A stretch of 64,000 nt of DNA, from contig CM060734.1 of assembly GCA_030704615.1 (NCBI GenBank), positions 21,886,001 to 21,950,000 on the forward strand. The letters are read 5' to 3'. The position numbers were made by a program, and so were the translations under genes. The notes under the pieces were generated by a model. The model made no database searches. It was not told the origin of the DNA and saw nothing but the letters and a program-made list of their open reading frames with translations. This document shows, piece by piece, positions 24,145 through 35,790 of the stretch (position 1 is its first letter; every line of letters begins with the position of its first letter). The DNA comes from Takakia lepidozioides (Eukaryota > Plantae > Bryophyta).

Positions 24145-27100
24145 ATGGCTTCCTCTGAAGCGGAGTTCTTCTCTGACGACAAACCAGTGCCGTTCTCCCA
24201 GGAAGTCCTTGACAATGGATTTGCAATTGTTCTGGAACATGTCTTGGCTACCCGTTTTCAGCTGCAGAATGGCTCCATCTTTTTGGAGAAAGAGGTGTAC
24301 GATCTTAAAGGGAAGTTGGTGAAATATTCTTTCCAAAACCGTGATGAGACGGCTCATATCAGCCAGTGGAGAGTGCGTCCTGGTCGATACAGAGTACTTG
24401 GAGAGCCTCGGCGAAAGTCCCTTGGGTCATATGTGACGCCCGGGACTGCTGCTTCGGTCGTTGAAGACAAGAGGGAGGTGGTGGTGAAAAAAGAACACGT
24501 CTTCCACTCCAATCGTTGAGCTTTCGGATTCTTCCGATGATGACATAAGTGAAATTCCAAATCCAGTCCTTCCTACTGTGGTTGGAGAAGCTGATGAAGA
24601 AGAGATTTGTAGTGTCATTCCAAAATTGCGGGCGATGGGAGGAATGGCTGGATTCAAAAGTGAGTTGCGGGGAATTGATTGGGAATCTTTGAAGCAGGTG
24701 CCTGTGAAGTTCTTGCCGGAGACTTTTGATGGCGATATCCTATTCGAGCTGCCTCCTCCTCCGCGAGTTGGAGGTGTAACAATCATGATGCATGGAATGG
24801 ACAAGAAACACGACGGGCACCCGTGGTGCAGAACAAAAACATCCAATATTCAGAATGATGACAAGCTTGTTTTCAGGAGGACAGTTTGCAATGGACACCT
24901 TAGGTGTGATAATTTGAATTGCAGACACTTTCTTCAGTCTGGGGTTCATAATCAAAGCGAATGGGAGGGTCTGGCGGAAAATCCATTTCAGCCTGGGACT
25001 GCCCCTCCACCGGCAAACACTTTCGTCTGCAAATTCTGCAAACTTGTGCCATCCTGTTTGGCGCTCTGCGGAGCAAGAATGTACTATGTTGTCCACCGTT
25101 TGAATACAATGACGAGAGCTTGTGTGCATTTTGGATTCCATAACCATCATGTCTCGAAGGGGGATTACAGGGAGAGTGTTGAGACAGTATCGAGGTTGAT
25201 CAAACAGGAGTTCGGGATAAACCCATCCGCAACAACATCTGCAATTGCTCTTGGCGCAAGCAAGTCCTTCTTGGAAAGCCATATTTTGAGTGAAGGAGAT
25301 TCTGTGGGGACTAAACTTGACGGTGCAGCATTGGACCTGGTCATGGATCATTTCTCCACTTTAAGTTCACCTAACATTCGGCATCAGATCAATGCATTGA
25401 GAATGGGCTCTGGGATCAGAGGCTACATAGACAATATTTTGGAATTGAAACGAGTGAGCAAGTACGATTACATCCAGGACAATGTATTCCCAGGTCAAGG
25501 TGCCATCAAAGTTTTTCTTTTCAAAATGTCGACTGTTGGGGAGGGCAGTGGGGTTAGCCTCGTGAAGCGGATGCAGAAGACTGGGGACTTGCAGAACTGT
25601 TTTCTTATGTTTGATCATGTGAAACGAGTGAAGGATTGGACGACAATGGCTTGTCATGTCTACGATCCAGTGTACCAACGAGTTATGACAATTGCAGTTT
25701 GTGACATGCAATCCGAGGATACGGAATCCCAGAAGCTCATGTGGAATTCCCTGATACGTGTCATGGGCTGCCATGGGCTGCCATCTCCAAATTTCGCAGG
25801 TTTCATGGCGGATAGTGCTCAAGCAAATTTCAATGCTGTTCGTATTGTCTTCGGATCGGGCGACCCAAAAGTGCCTATGCCAGGAAGAGAGCGTACATGT
25901 CTATTCCATTGGACACAATCTCTGGAAAAACATACAAAGTCGGACATCAAACCAGAGATGCAGACTCAGCACCGTGAATTGTGCAAATAGTACAAAGATG
26001 CTAGAACAATGAAGGAGGCGGACACTTTGTTCCAGACAATTCGTGCATGGTGGTTCTCTTCTGGAGCTGCATCACTTGAGAGTATGAGAGCATTGGAAGA
26101 TTGGCTGGCGTTTTGGCACTTCCGGTATAGACAGTGGGGAGCAGCCATGACAATGGTACGAGGCTTCTATTTCATGCTTTATTCATACATTTGCTTTCCA
26201 TATTTTTGACTCATTGCTTTCTTTATGTTGTTTCCTGTGCACTGTTCTGAAGTGTGGTTATCCTCTTTGCAGAACATGTCCATTGAGGAAATGGCGGACA
26301 TGCCATCTTGCAATTTGGCAGAAACTGTGCACAACGCATGGTTGCAGCAGTCTGGGAAACGAGGTCGGGATTTGTATGTGGCAACAACAGATGATTTGAT
26401 ACGTGCCTTGCAACAACAAACCCGATACTGTGATTTCTTACGAGGTGGGGTTGGTGGCAAGGGTCCGGACAAATGGGAGTTGATGTTGCGTGCTGCAAAC
26501 AGATCTGGGGATCCAATCAAGATAGCACGGGCGGTGAGCATGTATGCCCAGGGAACGCCACTTGTTTCTAGAGTTCCACATCTTGAAGGGGAGGAGAGAT
26601 TCGGCTCCTGTAAGAGGAAATTGAACACTCCACCTGGTTCGGATTCAGATTCCCACAGGGCAGACCGTGATAACTTCTCGAAGCCTCGTGTTCCCCTGCA
26701 TGACAGCTCCATGTCCGGAACCTCCATTGTGGAGGAACCTCCAACACGACGGCAAGCTCCAGCATCAAACAGTGCCACTGAAATGGTGCAGGAGAGAAAC
26801 AACCCCCTTGATGTGCTTGAGTCCGCATGCCCCGACCACGTTTGGTACATAGAACGCACAAGTGTAGGGTTTCGTGTGAAATGTATAGCGATCAGGGCAA
26901 CTAATTTCGAGAAGTGCACTTCACCTATATCCAGAGGTGGTGCCCGAACTCCTGCTCCGACTTTCACGGGCTTGATGCGTCCATACGGTCAACCAGAAGC
27001 CAAGAACCACAAGTTCTGGTTCTGCGCAGATGATTGTGCCAGATGTGTGCATGGAACTGTGCGTCCTTCCGTAGTGATGAAGCCAACTCCTCCAACCGTT

Positions 27101-27658
27101 TGGCCCGTGAAGGTGGGAACACATCTCAGCTTTCAGGAGATTGAAATGCTGGAGGAGGCAGGTTTTTCCCTTGCGAGACAACCCCAACTCCATGCATGTG
27201 CTACTACTTCTACGTCCTCCCGGGTCCCCCCGGCAAATCCTGACTTGTGGCCAACCAAACGAGATGGAAAGCTCGTTCGGCGTTTCCCTCCAACCGCTGA
27301 ACACTTTGGCAAAGTGGAGTCCGCAAGAATGCTCCAAGCTCGTGTTGGAAGCACCATGGAAGTACCCGATCCAGGATATGGTCGAGTATTCATAATCATC
27401 ACTTCCACATCTGCTGTTCATGACAGGACCTACGACATCACGGTTTCCAATTTCCCCAATTGCACATGTCCTGATTTTGTGAATATGCTATCAACCAGTT
27501 TGGGCAAGAGAGGTAAATTCATACCCTGCAAACATTTGTATTTCATATTTTTGAGGAGGATGGTTTGCGATCCCAAACGTGACAACTTCATTCACCAGGC
27601 CACTATGAGTTTCAACCAGGTCGATACTCTTTTGCAGCGGGATACAACACATGGGTAG
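24145..27658 (+). pseudogene. MULE-type DDE transposase with GCM/WRKY-like zinc domain and C-terminal SWIM finger; one frameshift (~24490), premature TAG at 25988-25990, intron 26156-26272
   Basis: Zinc domain CNGHLRC...CKFC...C...HFGFHNH. Catalytic segments MFDHVKR / FMADSAQAN / TCLFHW (CxxH) / NLAETVHNAW. SWIM finger CTCPDF...PCKH. Confidence 0.9.
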
Positions 27659-28109
27659 CATGAACTATGTAATGTGGTATGTGGATGACCATGATTTGAA
27701 ATGTGTATTTCACATCAATTTGTCGGCTGTGCAATGATATGGCCTCCAACTATACGGAGTGAGCTCTGAGTGACAACTTTTAGGTAGTGCACATTTGTCA
27801 TTGCACCGTTCGAAGTCTACATGTCTTGCTGTCGCTATGCACTACAATCATCTTTTGAAGATGATCCTAACTCTCATTGTTATTTGAGGAGGGAGGAAGG
27901 TCTTCCCGTGACAGCCTTTATGGCGCACACTTTGTGAGGACATTTTGTCGTCCTCGTAATTGTAAAAGTGAAACAAGCATTTGTAATTGCACAATGTTGG
28001 ATGCTGCAATTGTAGGCCTCAATGCTCGTCTTGATTCTATTTAGGCAAGATTCCCTGCATTAATTCCACGGTCATAGGACCATCCACGGTTATAGGCGGT
28101 GCATGTTAA

Positions 28110-28292
28110 TGGTGACGTGGCAGATGACGGACAGTGCCATGTCATCATTTACCGCCACATCAGCATGCTGACATGACGCTCACGCCACGTCAGCTGGCGT
28201 GAGCGTACGCTCACGCCACGTCACTCCTGCGTGAGCGTACGCTCGCGCGCTCACGCGCAACGCTCACGCCATTGCATCGTTGTTAAGTAAAC
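28110..28292. repeat. Right MULE terminus: subterminal CGCTCACGCCACGTCA repeats, TIR 28262-28282 and TSD 28283-28292 (TTAAGTAAAC)
   Basis: Same repeat vocabulary and terminal 21-mer as 17590-17712. Confidence 0.8.
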
Positions 28293-28597
28293 TACCACTT
28301 CCACACAAACAAGCTGGGCATTGTATTAATACTTCAAGGCCCACCTGCATGCAGGAGAATGCTCTATAAATGGCTGTGTTGGTGGGTTAGACCCTAGACC
28401 AAGATCCTTGGTGAGCCCTGATCATAGCGACCCGCCCCAGTCAACTAGAGGGTCACTGGGAAGAGTGCATAAAATCTATTGCATAAAAGTGCCATGTAGA
28501 CTAGATTTGGATTTCTACAGCTACAATATGAAGGTGTTGGTAAAAGGCATGCTGAACAGTATCCAATTGAGGTGGAAAAGGGTTGCAGCTACTATAC

Positions 28598-29308
28598 CAC
28601 GCAATTCCATCTCAACAAGTTCCAATAACTCCTCATCTTCAACAACATCCACTTTATTGAGAAAGCACACCAAGGATGGCACTCCCACCTACCTTGTGCC
28701 CGCGCCCACCCCAAACCCCGGCAAGCTAACAGTCAGACACAAAACAGAGCGAACTTGAGTAAAACCTTCACCAATAAACCCCAAAGCTTCATGTTACTCG
28801 AAGCATGTTTGAACTAATGAAGTGGAACAACACTGGCCTGAATAGGATATGTAGTCCCACATGATTCGTGCTTCTCCTGAAGCAGCTAGGTATCAACTTC
28901 AACATCAAGTTACAAGATATTAAGCAACATAATCTGGCCAGATATAGGGTGGAATTCTTTTTACACACAGAAATGACCTGACATGCAAGAAGAATATGCT
29001 CTTTAGTCTGGGGCATAGGTCCACCTGGTGCGGACACCACTAAAATGCCCCCGTCCATCTGTGCAGCCCCTGTAATTATGTTCTGCACCCTCCTCACCCT
29101 GGCTTCATCATACAAGTCCAGAAACTCAATATGCAAAGTACGTGAGCCATGCTAGCATTATAAATCATTCATTTAACTATTGAAATGTTTTAATACTGAT
29201 TGGAAAACCATGAGGGGACTGGGGGAAGCTTACCTTCACATAGTCAGCATGGCCTGGGCAGTCGACATGTGCATAGTGCCGTTTCGCAGTCTCATATTCC
29301 ACATGTGT
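28598..29308 (-). pseudogene. Nuclear-encoded organellar (probably mitochondrial) EF-Tu fragment, 3 exons (29308-29234, 29082-28978, 28688-28598)
   Basis: [25 protein letters not shown] / [35 protein letters not shown] / [30 protein letters not shown]. The 5' exons are replaced by PPR sequence. Confidence 0.92.
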
Positions 29309-29434
29309 CTGGCAATCACCCAATCGTGCAGTCACTTACTCTTTGCAAACTTATAGCACCTTTCACACTCCAGGCTCATTGCCGCCAGTTCTTGGTTAGC
29401 CCTTGAGTTTGCTTTGATACAGCTAGCAAGGATT

Positions 29435-30165
29435 GAAGGTGCTCATAGGTCTCCAAAGCCTCCATCCCGTGCCCTTGCTGTGCATATCCTGCAATCATTG
29501 CACCCCACGACACCACATCTTGTTCAACCATATTGTTGAACACTCCCTTTGCACCCTCGATGCACCCACATTTTGCATACATGTCCACGAGAGTACTGTT
29601 CAGAATGACATCGGGTACAATTCCAGCTCTGACAATGTCACCATGGACCTCTTTGCCCTTTTCCAGGGCTGCCAGGCTTGCACATGCATTGCAAATGCAA
29701 TCAAACGTGATGTGGTCGGGCTTCACGCCTTTGGCTGCCCATTTGATCGTAGGTCTCCAAAGCCTCCTTCCCGCGGCCTTGCTATGCATACCCGCAAGCA
29801 TCGTTTAGCCATACTGTTGCAAACTCCCTTCGCATCCTCGATGCACCCACATTTTGAGGGTGATATTGCAAACTTAAACGAACGTGACCCGGCCCTTCGC
29901 ATCCTCGATGCACCCACATTTCGCATACATGTCCACAAGGGTGATATTGCAAACTTAAACGAACGTGACCGGGTCCGGCTTCACCCCTTCCCGCATTATT
30001 TGCTCATACGTCTCCGAAGCCTCTATACCACACCCCCACTATGCATATCCTCGCCCTTCCCGCATCATTTGCTCAAGGAAGCCGTATCAGTTGCTCAAGA
30101 ATAGGTCGCAAAGCCTCTATCCCACGCCCCTGCATTGCATATCCTGCGATCATCGCGTTCCATGA
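29435..30165 (-). pseudogene. PLS-class PPR gene fragment, scrambled
   Basis: GVKPDHITF..ICNACASLAALEKGKEVH...TLVDMYAKCGCIEGAKGVF...DVVSWGAMIAGYAQQG, with internal short duplications and frameshifts. Confidence 0.9.
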
Positions 30166-32228
30166 CACAAGTTCTCACTGCTTCGGCTCGATACTACAAA
30201 AACAAATGGTAGCGCGGGAGGCAAAAGGAGGCTAAGTCCCAGCCCTCTGTGTTCACGGCTGAACGTGGGCAACCCTAAAGCAACTTTTTGAATTTTTTAA
30301 CTTTTTGCACTTTGTGTCATTCCATTGACACAAGTGCTTCGTTAAAGATAGATGGATGAGGTCATCCAATGGTGAACCCATTCATGTATATGCCTTAAGA
30401 TGCCACGTGTAGTGATGTAGTCATATAAATAGAGCTCTGAAACATCCTGTAGTCATGTAGTCATAAGCTTCTATGGCATGTCATCAATGTGTAGTAGTGG
30501 TGTAGTCATTTAGTCATAAGCTTATATGGCACGTGTCTGACGTGTAGTATTGCGTATGACTACTAGTTATATAAACCAAGTCTGTGTTCTTGGTCAACAA
30601 TGTTTGACCGTAGCTCCTAGTCATGTAGTAATATGTATGACTTCATTAGATTAAAATATATTAAAATGCACCCAACAATGGGTTTCATCACTCTGTAGTC
30701 ACATATATAGTCATGGTTACCAAGGTTTATATTACCCGTAGTCATAAAAACGACAATCTGTACTAGTGGTTTCCATTGTGTTCACTTTTATTTTCACTAC
30801 AAGAAGATGACCTTATGTTTGTGAGTGCGGAGTGTAAGGATTAGTTTTGCACTTGTATGTTAAAGAGGTTGAGAGCTAGGAGAATTTAGCTCTTGTATCA
30901 CAAGGCTTGCAAGGGTTGCAAGGAAAGGTACTTGTGGTGTTACACCAAGGTGTTGGAGAGCTCAAGAAGGAGTTTGTTTGCCACAAGATTTGCAAGGATT
31001 GCAAGAGGGAGAAATGGCTATGAGGGGGAAATGGCTATTCGTAAGGAGAATACAAGGAGAATACAAGGAAAATACGTATAGGCCCAGAGGAATATCGGGG
31101 GAATACTATGGTATATTCTTAGGAATATTCTTAGGGAACTTAGGGAACTTATTGGGAACCCATTAGGAACTTGGGAACGCATTGGGAACATATTGAGTCC
31201 TTCAAGGATTGTTTGGGGTTCTTGGAGGACTATTCGGGGTCGTTGGAGGACTATTTGGAGTCCTTGGATGACTGTTTGGGGTCTTTGGAGGACTATTTGG
31301 AGGACTATTTGGGGTCGTTGGGGGCCAGTATTTGGCGAGCTTGAGGAGTCTTTGGCGACTTGTGCGAGGGACTATTTAGAGTCCTCGAGGGCCAAGTTTT
31401 GGCAGGCTCTTGTCTCCTTGGTGTACTGTTTTGGAGTCCCATTGTGCAAGGTTTGGGAGCCTTGGTAAGGTTGTTTGAGAGACATCTTGAGGGCTCTTGG
31501 AGAGTTATTTGAGAGACCCTTGAAAGGTAGTCTTGTCTATTGCTCGAGCAAGAGAGTGTGGAGATAGGGTAGTGGGATGAGAGCATGCTGGGATTAGGAA
31601 TTGTTTTAGTATTTCTTCCTTGTAGTCTTTCACCCTCTATGTAGGCCAAAACCTTTATGTAAGTGGAGGCAAGAGTCAGTCCGGGTTTGGGCTGGGGTGT
31701 TCTTGGAGGAGCGACACTGTGGAGTGTTTTTGGTGTGGGGGAGTTGCTATCTTGATTTTCTTGTGTTTGGATCCACTCCACACCTGCATGCTTGACTATG
31801 CGTCATGTTAGCTTTGTGTGGGCGTTTGTTTGCATAGGAGGTTAGTCCGGATTTGAGCACCGGCCAATCCTTGAGCATGCTGTCGGTGATGAGGCTGGGA
31901 TGATGACCAGTCAGACCATCATTGTTTCTCTTATGGTGAGGCTGGGTTGATGACCAGTGGATTCCTGAGTGGAGTGTTTCCATTGTGTTCACTTTCATTA
32001 TCTATTGTGGCATAGCTTTCTAGGATTGTATGCTAAAAATGTGTGTGGACAGCGATGTATGTTGTGGCACGATGTTTAGGTGCACGATAGCGTGAGCACA
32101 ACCCACGGTCATGGGGATTGTATGTTTTTAAGCCGCGGTCATAGGAGTTACATGTTTTGAGGGCACGGTGCATTTATACGGTGCAGTTGCACCAAATCGA
32201 TAAACTATCTGATCTATCTTTCAATTTG

Positions 32229-32440
32229 GCATTGAGAAATTAAAATTTAGTAATAGTTTCGGGAGAGAGAGTTTTAATTTCGCATTGAGAAATTAAAATT
32301 AAGTGGTAGTTTCGGGAGTGAGAATTTTAATTTCGCATTGAGAAATTAAAATTAAGTGGTAGTTTCGGGAGTGAGAGTTTTAATTTCGCATTGAGAAATT
32401 AAAATTAAGTCGTAGTTTCTGGGAGTGAGAGTTTCGTTTC
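32229..32440. repeat. 53-bp tandem repeat, 4 copies, with an internal hairpin
   Basis: GCATTGAGAAATTAAAATT at 32229, 32282, 32335 and 32388; TTTTAATTTC...GAAATTAAAA arms. Confidence 0.9.
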
Positions 32441-32813
32441 GATAAATTATCCATGGGACGTAACAACCTTTAAGAGTCTCAGCGCCCTTTTCTCAAGTCT
32501 ATCATATAAAGGGCCCAATATCGGTGAGCATAGCGTGAGGAAATCCCAACATATTTATCATGTATAGGGGTTACTTGTTTCTTAAGTGTTGCTGTGAGGG
32601 CCTATGTGGGCAGTTAAAAATAGTTTCGCAAATTTTTTAGTTTCTCAATTTTCGTTTCGCTGAAGAATATTCGGAAGGCATCTTAGGAATATACGGTATA
32701 TTCGCTTGTGCTCACGTGAGCATGCTCACTCACTACCCAACCTCCTGGCCTCTGGCCTTCATTGTTACGGTGGTTAATCCAAGGTAACAAACAGATCGGA
32801 CAGAGCGCCCCCC

Positions 32814-33500
32814 TTGGGCTCTAAAGCTTGGCAATATATTTGGGCAGCTTGGCTTTGGATGAGATCTATGTTATCACAAATTTCTCCCAAGTCTTCTGAT
32901 GAATCGCTTCGTCAACCGCTTTTCGTGAATTTGAATGCTAATTCAGAAATTCTGCTTAAATATGCTAAAAAATGGGCTTTTGGGAACAAACTGCAATATC
33001 TCATTTCTCACATATTTGGCAATCGGGCATTTTTATCCTGGTTTCTAAGGCAATTGACTAGCTCTTGGTTTGCAGAGCTACACTTTGGGATGTAGTAACG
33101 AGCGAAATCCCTGAATGTGTGTGTGGGAACTTTGCTCTTTCTTGTAAGAGATTTCTTTGATGAGAATTCCCTCTATGCTATCAAGGTTTTCTGTTTGAAA
33201 TCAGGCAAAATAGACCCAACTCCTCCTCTGGATATTTGATATTACGATGGGTCATTTCGTTGGGTTTTCTATGCCCCCCTGCAGCTCTTACAATTTGACC
33301 TAGCAGAGTGGCAGTGGATGTTTAAGAAAAATATCATCTTTTTTTTGCTTACACTGTGAAGCTTGGTTACTCTTTACTCAAGCCTCCGTTGGTTTTCAAC
33401 TTCAAATGGAAAGCTAAATGGAATATTGCTAATTTTTCTGATGATTGAAAAGTTATTTGTGGAGAAAAAACATGTCAGTGAAAATAAGTGGGTCCTATAG
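32814..33500 (+). mobile_element. LINE ORF2 post-RT fragment
   Basis: GSKAWQYIWAAW...LRQPLF.N followed by degenerate zf-RVT-like sequence. Confidence 0.5.
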
Positions 33501-33593
33501 AAGTTGCTGAATCGTGGTTTTAGTCATGGTTAACTAGAATTATCTATTTCTAGTTAACTACGACATTTTGGATATTTATATTTGTATTTTGTA

Positions 33594-34648
33594 TGTTGGG
33601 ACTTCATTTGGTCTCATATGCCAAGTGAGGTGTCAAGCCTCACTTGAAACATGGGGATGGGTTTCCCCCTTGTGAGGTATTGAGCGGCTTTTACTCACCC
33701 ATCCCTTAGCTATCCGAGGTGGAAACTCCAAGATAAAAGAGTTGGAAATCTCTAAGTACTCAACCCGCTCAGAACAATCAGTCATGACCTACAGCTAGTG
33801 TACCATGGGGGTGCTTTCCTATATCGGTTCATTCTTGCATTCATATTTAGTAAGTTACCCTACTACCTATGATTAAGTATCAGATTGCTTCTGCAATCTG
33901 CCATGTTCCATCTACTTAAGCATTCATTCCACAGCTTCACTCAGGTCTCTCTACACAGTGTGAGTATAAAATAGGTATCTATTAATATCTATTATGTGTC
34001 AGGCCGAAGCCATGGTGTCTCTATTATGTCCTACAGTACATCTCTACAGCTTGCATGTACCAAGTTACATCAGATTGTCTTCTCCTCCTTCGTGTGCTCT
34101 CTCGTCCCTGTGCTCCAAGATCGTGCTCTCTGATGTCCTCCATGTAGCTACTCTGCATAATGTATCTGCAAACTGTTCTAACCGCTTAACTAACTAACTA
34201 ACTGCCAACCAAGACAGTACGTAAGTACTGTCGTTCCTTTGTTGATGACGTTCCCGCACACTCATTCTCTCCTATGATAACCCCTCCCTGTGTGAAGCTA
34301 TGACCCGTGCGACACTGTGACGGGCTGTGTCAAGTTGTGTCGAGCTGTGACTGTGTCAGACTGTGACTGGCTGTGTCGAACTGCGAATGTGTGAGACTAT
34401 GACGTGTAGTGTGCTGTGACAGACTGTGTCGGGCTGTGTGCTGTGTCGGGCTGTGTCGGCTGTGTCTGTGCCTGGTTGTAACAGGCTGTGATAGGCTGTG
34501 TAAGCCTGTGACTGCAGACTGTGTGAGTCTGTCTACCACCCCTAAGGCCTATACTAGTCTAAGTCTGCCACACCTTAAGGCCTGCGCAAAATTAAGGGTA
34601 CCCCACAGAACCCGTAAAACTGTCTAAGTCCCAGATAGCCCTGTAACA
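33594..34648 (-). repeat. Probable 3' LTR (~1.05 kb) with CTGTG(T/A)-rich minisatellite
   Basis: Minus strand TGTTACA...CCCAACA immediately after the PPT. The left boundary is inferred from TG...CA only. Confidence 0.6.
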
Positions 34649-34755
34649 TTATCCCCTCCCCCCTCAAAAAGCCGTGTCCTCACGGTTTACTGCTTAGGAT
34701 CAGCAAACCTTTGTGAACGAGCATCCTTTTGCTTGTGAGAGTCCCTCTAAGGGCT

Positions 34756-35790
34756 CTATGTATGAGCCCGAGCCTTGTCTTTGGCTTTTGGAGATGTCTG
34801 TCTGCTCGCCGGAGCAGATTGAGCTGTCTCAGGTGGGGGTTGTCTGTCAGGAATATGAGAACCTCTCCTCTTCTTGTCCTCCATGGCCTTGTCATACTCT
34901 TCTGACATGTTGAGGATATCAGTGGCCACATAATCAGTAGTGTTAATAGAGTCATCTTCCCACCGTTGGCATTTATGTTTCCTGGCCTTCTGTGGCTTCT
35001 CAGGAAGCTTGACTGGCATACAATGTATGCCCACCATGTCGGGAATATTATGTTGTAAGACTTGTGCCAATCTCTTTTGGGCAAGACCAATATATGCCCG
35101 TAACTCGTCATCTGTATAGCTGAGTGGTGTGCCTATCACCTTTGAAAATTGCAGCCACTTCCTGGCCTCATGCCCTTTGGGAAAAATGTGGTCAAAGTCC
35201 AACTTCTCCTTTTTGTAAGTGCTCTAGAGCATAAGAAAACCAAAGACAGAGTTTTGGATCTCGTTGAAGCATGACCCTCACATCATACAGATACTTGTGG
35301 TCTGGAACTGGAGGTAGCGTCCAATGCTCCCCACTGGAATAAGTCTGGAACCTCATCTGCATTTTCTGCTGCTCGGTGTGGTAGCGTAAAACAAAGCAAG
35401 CAACATAGTACATCCCACAGCCCATGACAAGACTATGAACTTCTCTGGTTTTGGTGTAGATAAATCCATGAACGATCTGGAAGACAATAATTCTTTCAGC
35501 ATGGTTCCTGCCTCAGCCAAGTAATGTGCAAAATGGTGATCTTCAATAGGTCTATCAGTTGGAAGTACCTTAGTCCGAGTTGCCACTGGCAACCAAATGC
35601 ACATGATCTGGTAATAATGTGCCAAGGACTTAGGAGGACTGAATTCTTTCCAAGCCACATCGTAACAATGGGAATTTGGTTGAAGGGAAGAACCATAGCT
35701 CTACTGTATTCAAGAGCAGCAGGAGTAGTGGGTGGCACCACTGCGTAAGGAGTACAGCTAGCGTGTAATCTGTAACGCCCGCCATAGCTG
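34756..35790 (-). pseudogene. Frameshifted extra ORF of unknown function between integrase and PPT
   Basis: Four overlapping sense-strand ORFs (35496-35741, 35353-35658, 35192-35425, 34756-35202) chain into one reading. Confidence 0.5.

Larger units (their letters stand above)
18528..28282. mobile_element. Main body of a Mutator-like (MULE) DNA transposon carrying a divergent ParB-methyltransferase passenger gene
   Basis: Transposase on the + strand, passenger gene on the - strand, right TIR at 28262-28282 and a 10-bp TSD. Confidence 0.85.

Noticed and set aside
24740-27421. Long minus-strand ORFs opposite the transposase (e.g. 24740-25351, 26179-26967)
   Set aside because: Antisense shadows of the coding strand with no recognisable motifs.
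17527-28317. 11-bp inverted repeat CCAGCTTGTTT / AAACAAGCTGG as the element's TIRs
   Set aside because: There is no flanking TSD and the right copy lies in the EF-Tu intron. The 17712/28282 termini explain the TSD, the EF-Tu continuity and the split MTase.
30795-30805. CACTACAAGAA as a CACTA terminus
   Set aside because: No partner end, TSD or transposase was found, so it cannot be supported on its own.
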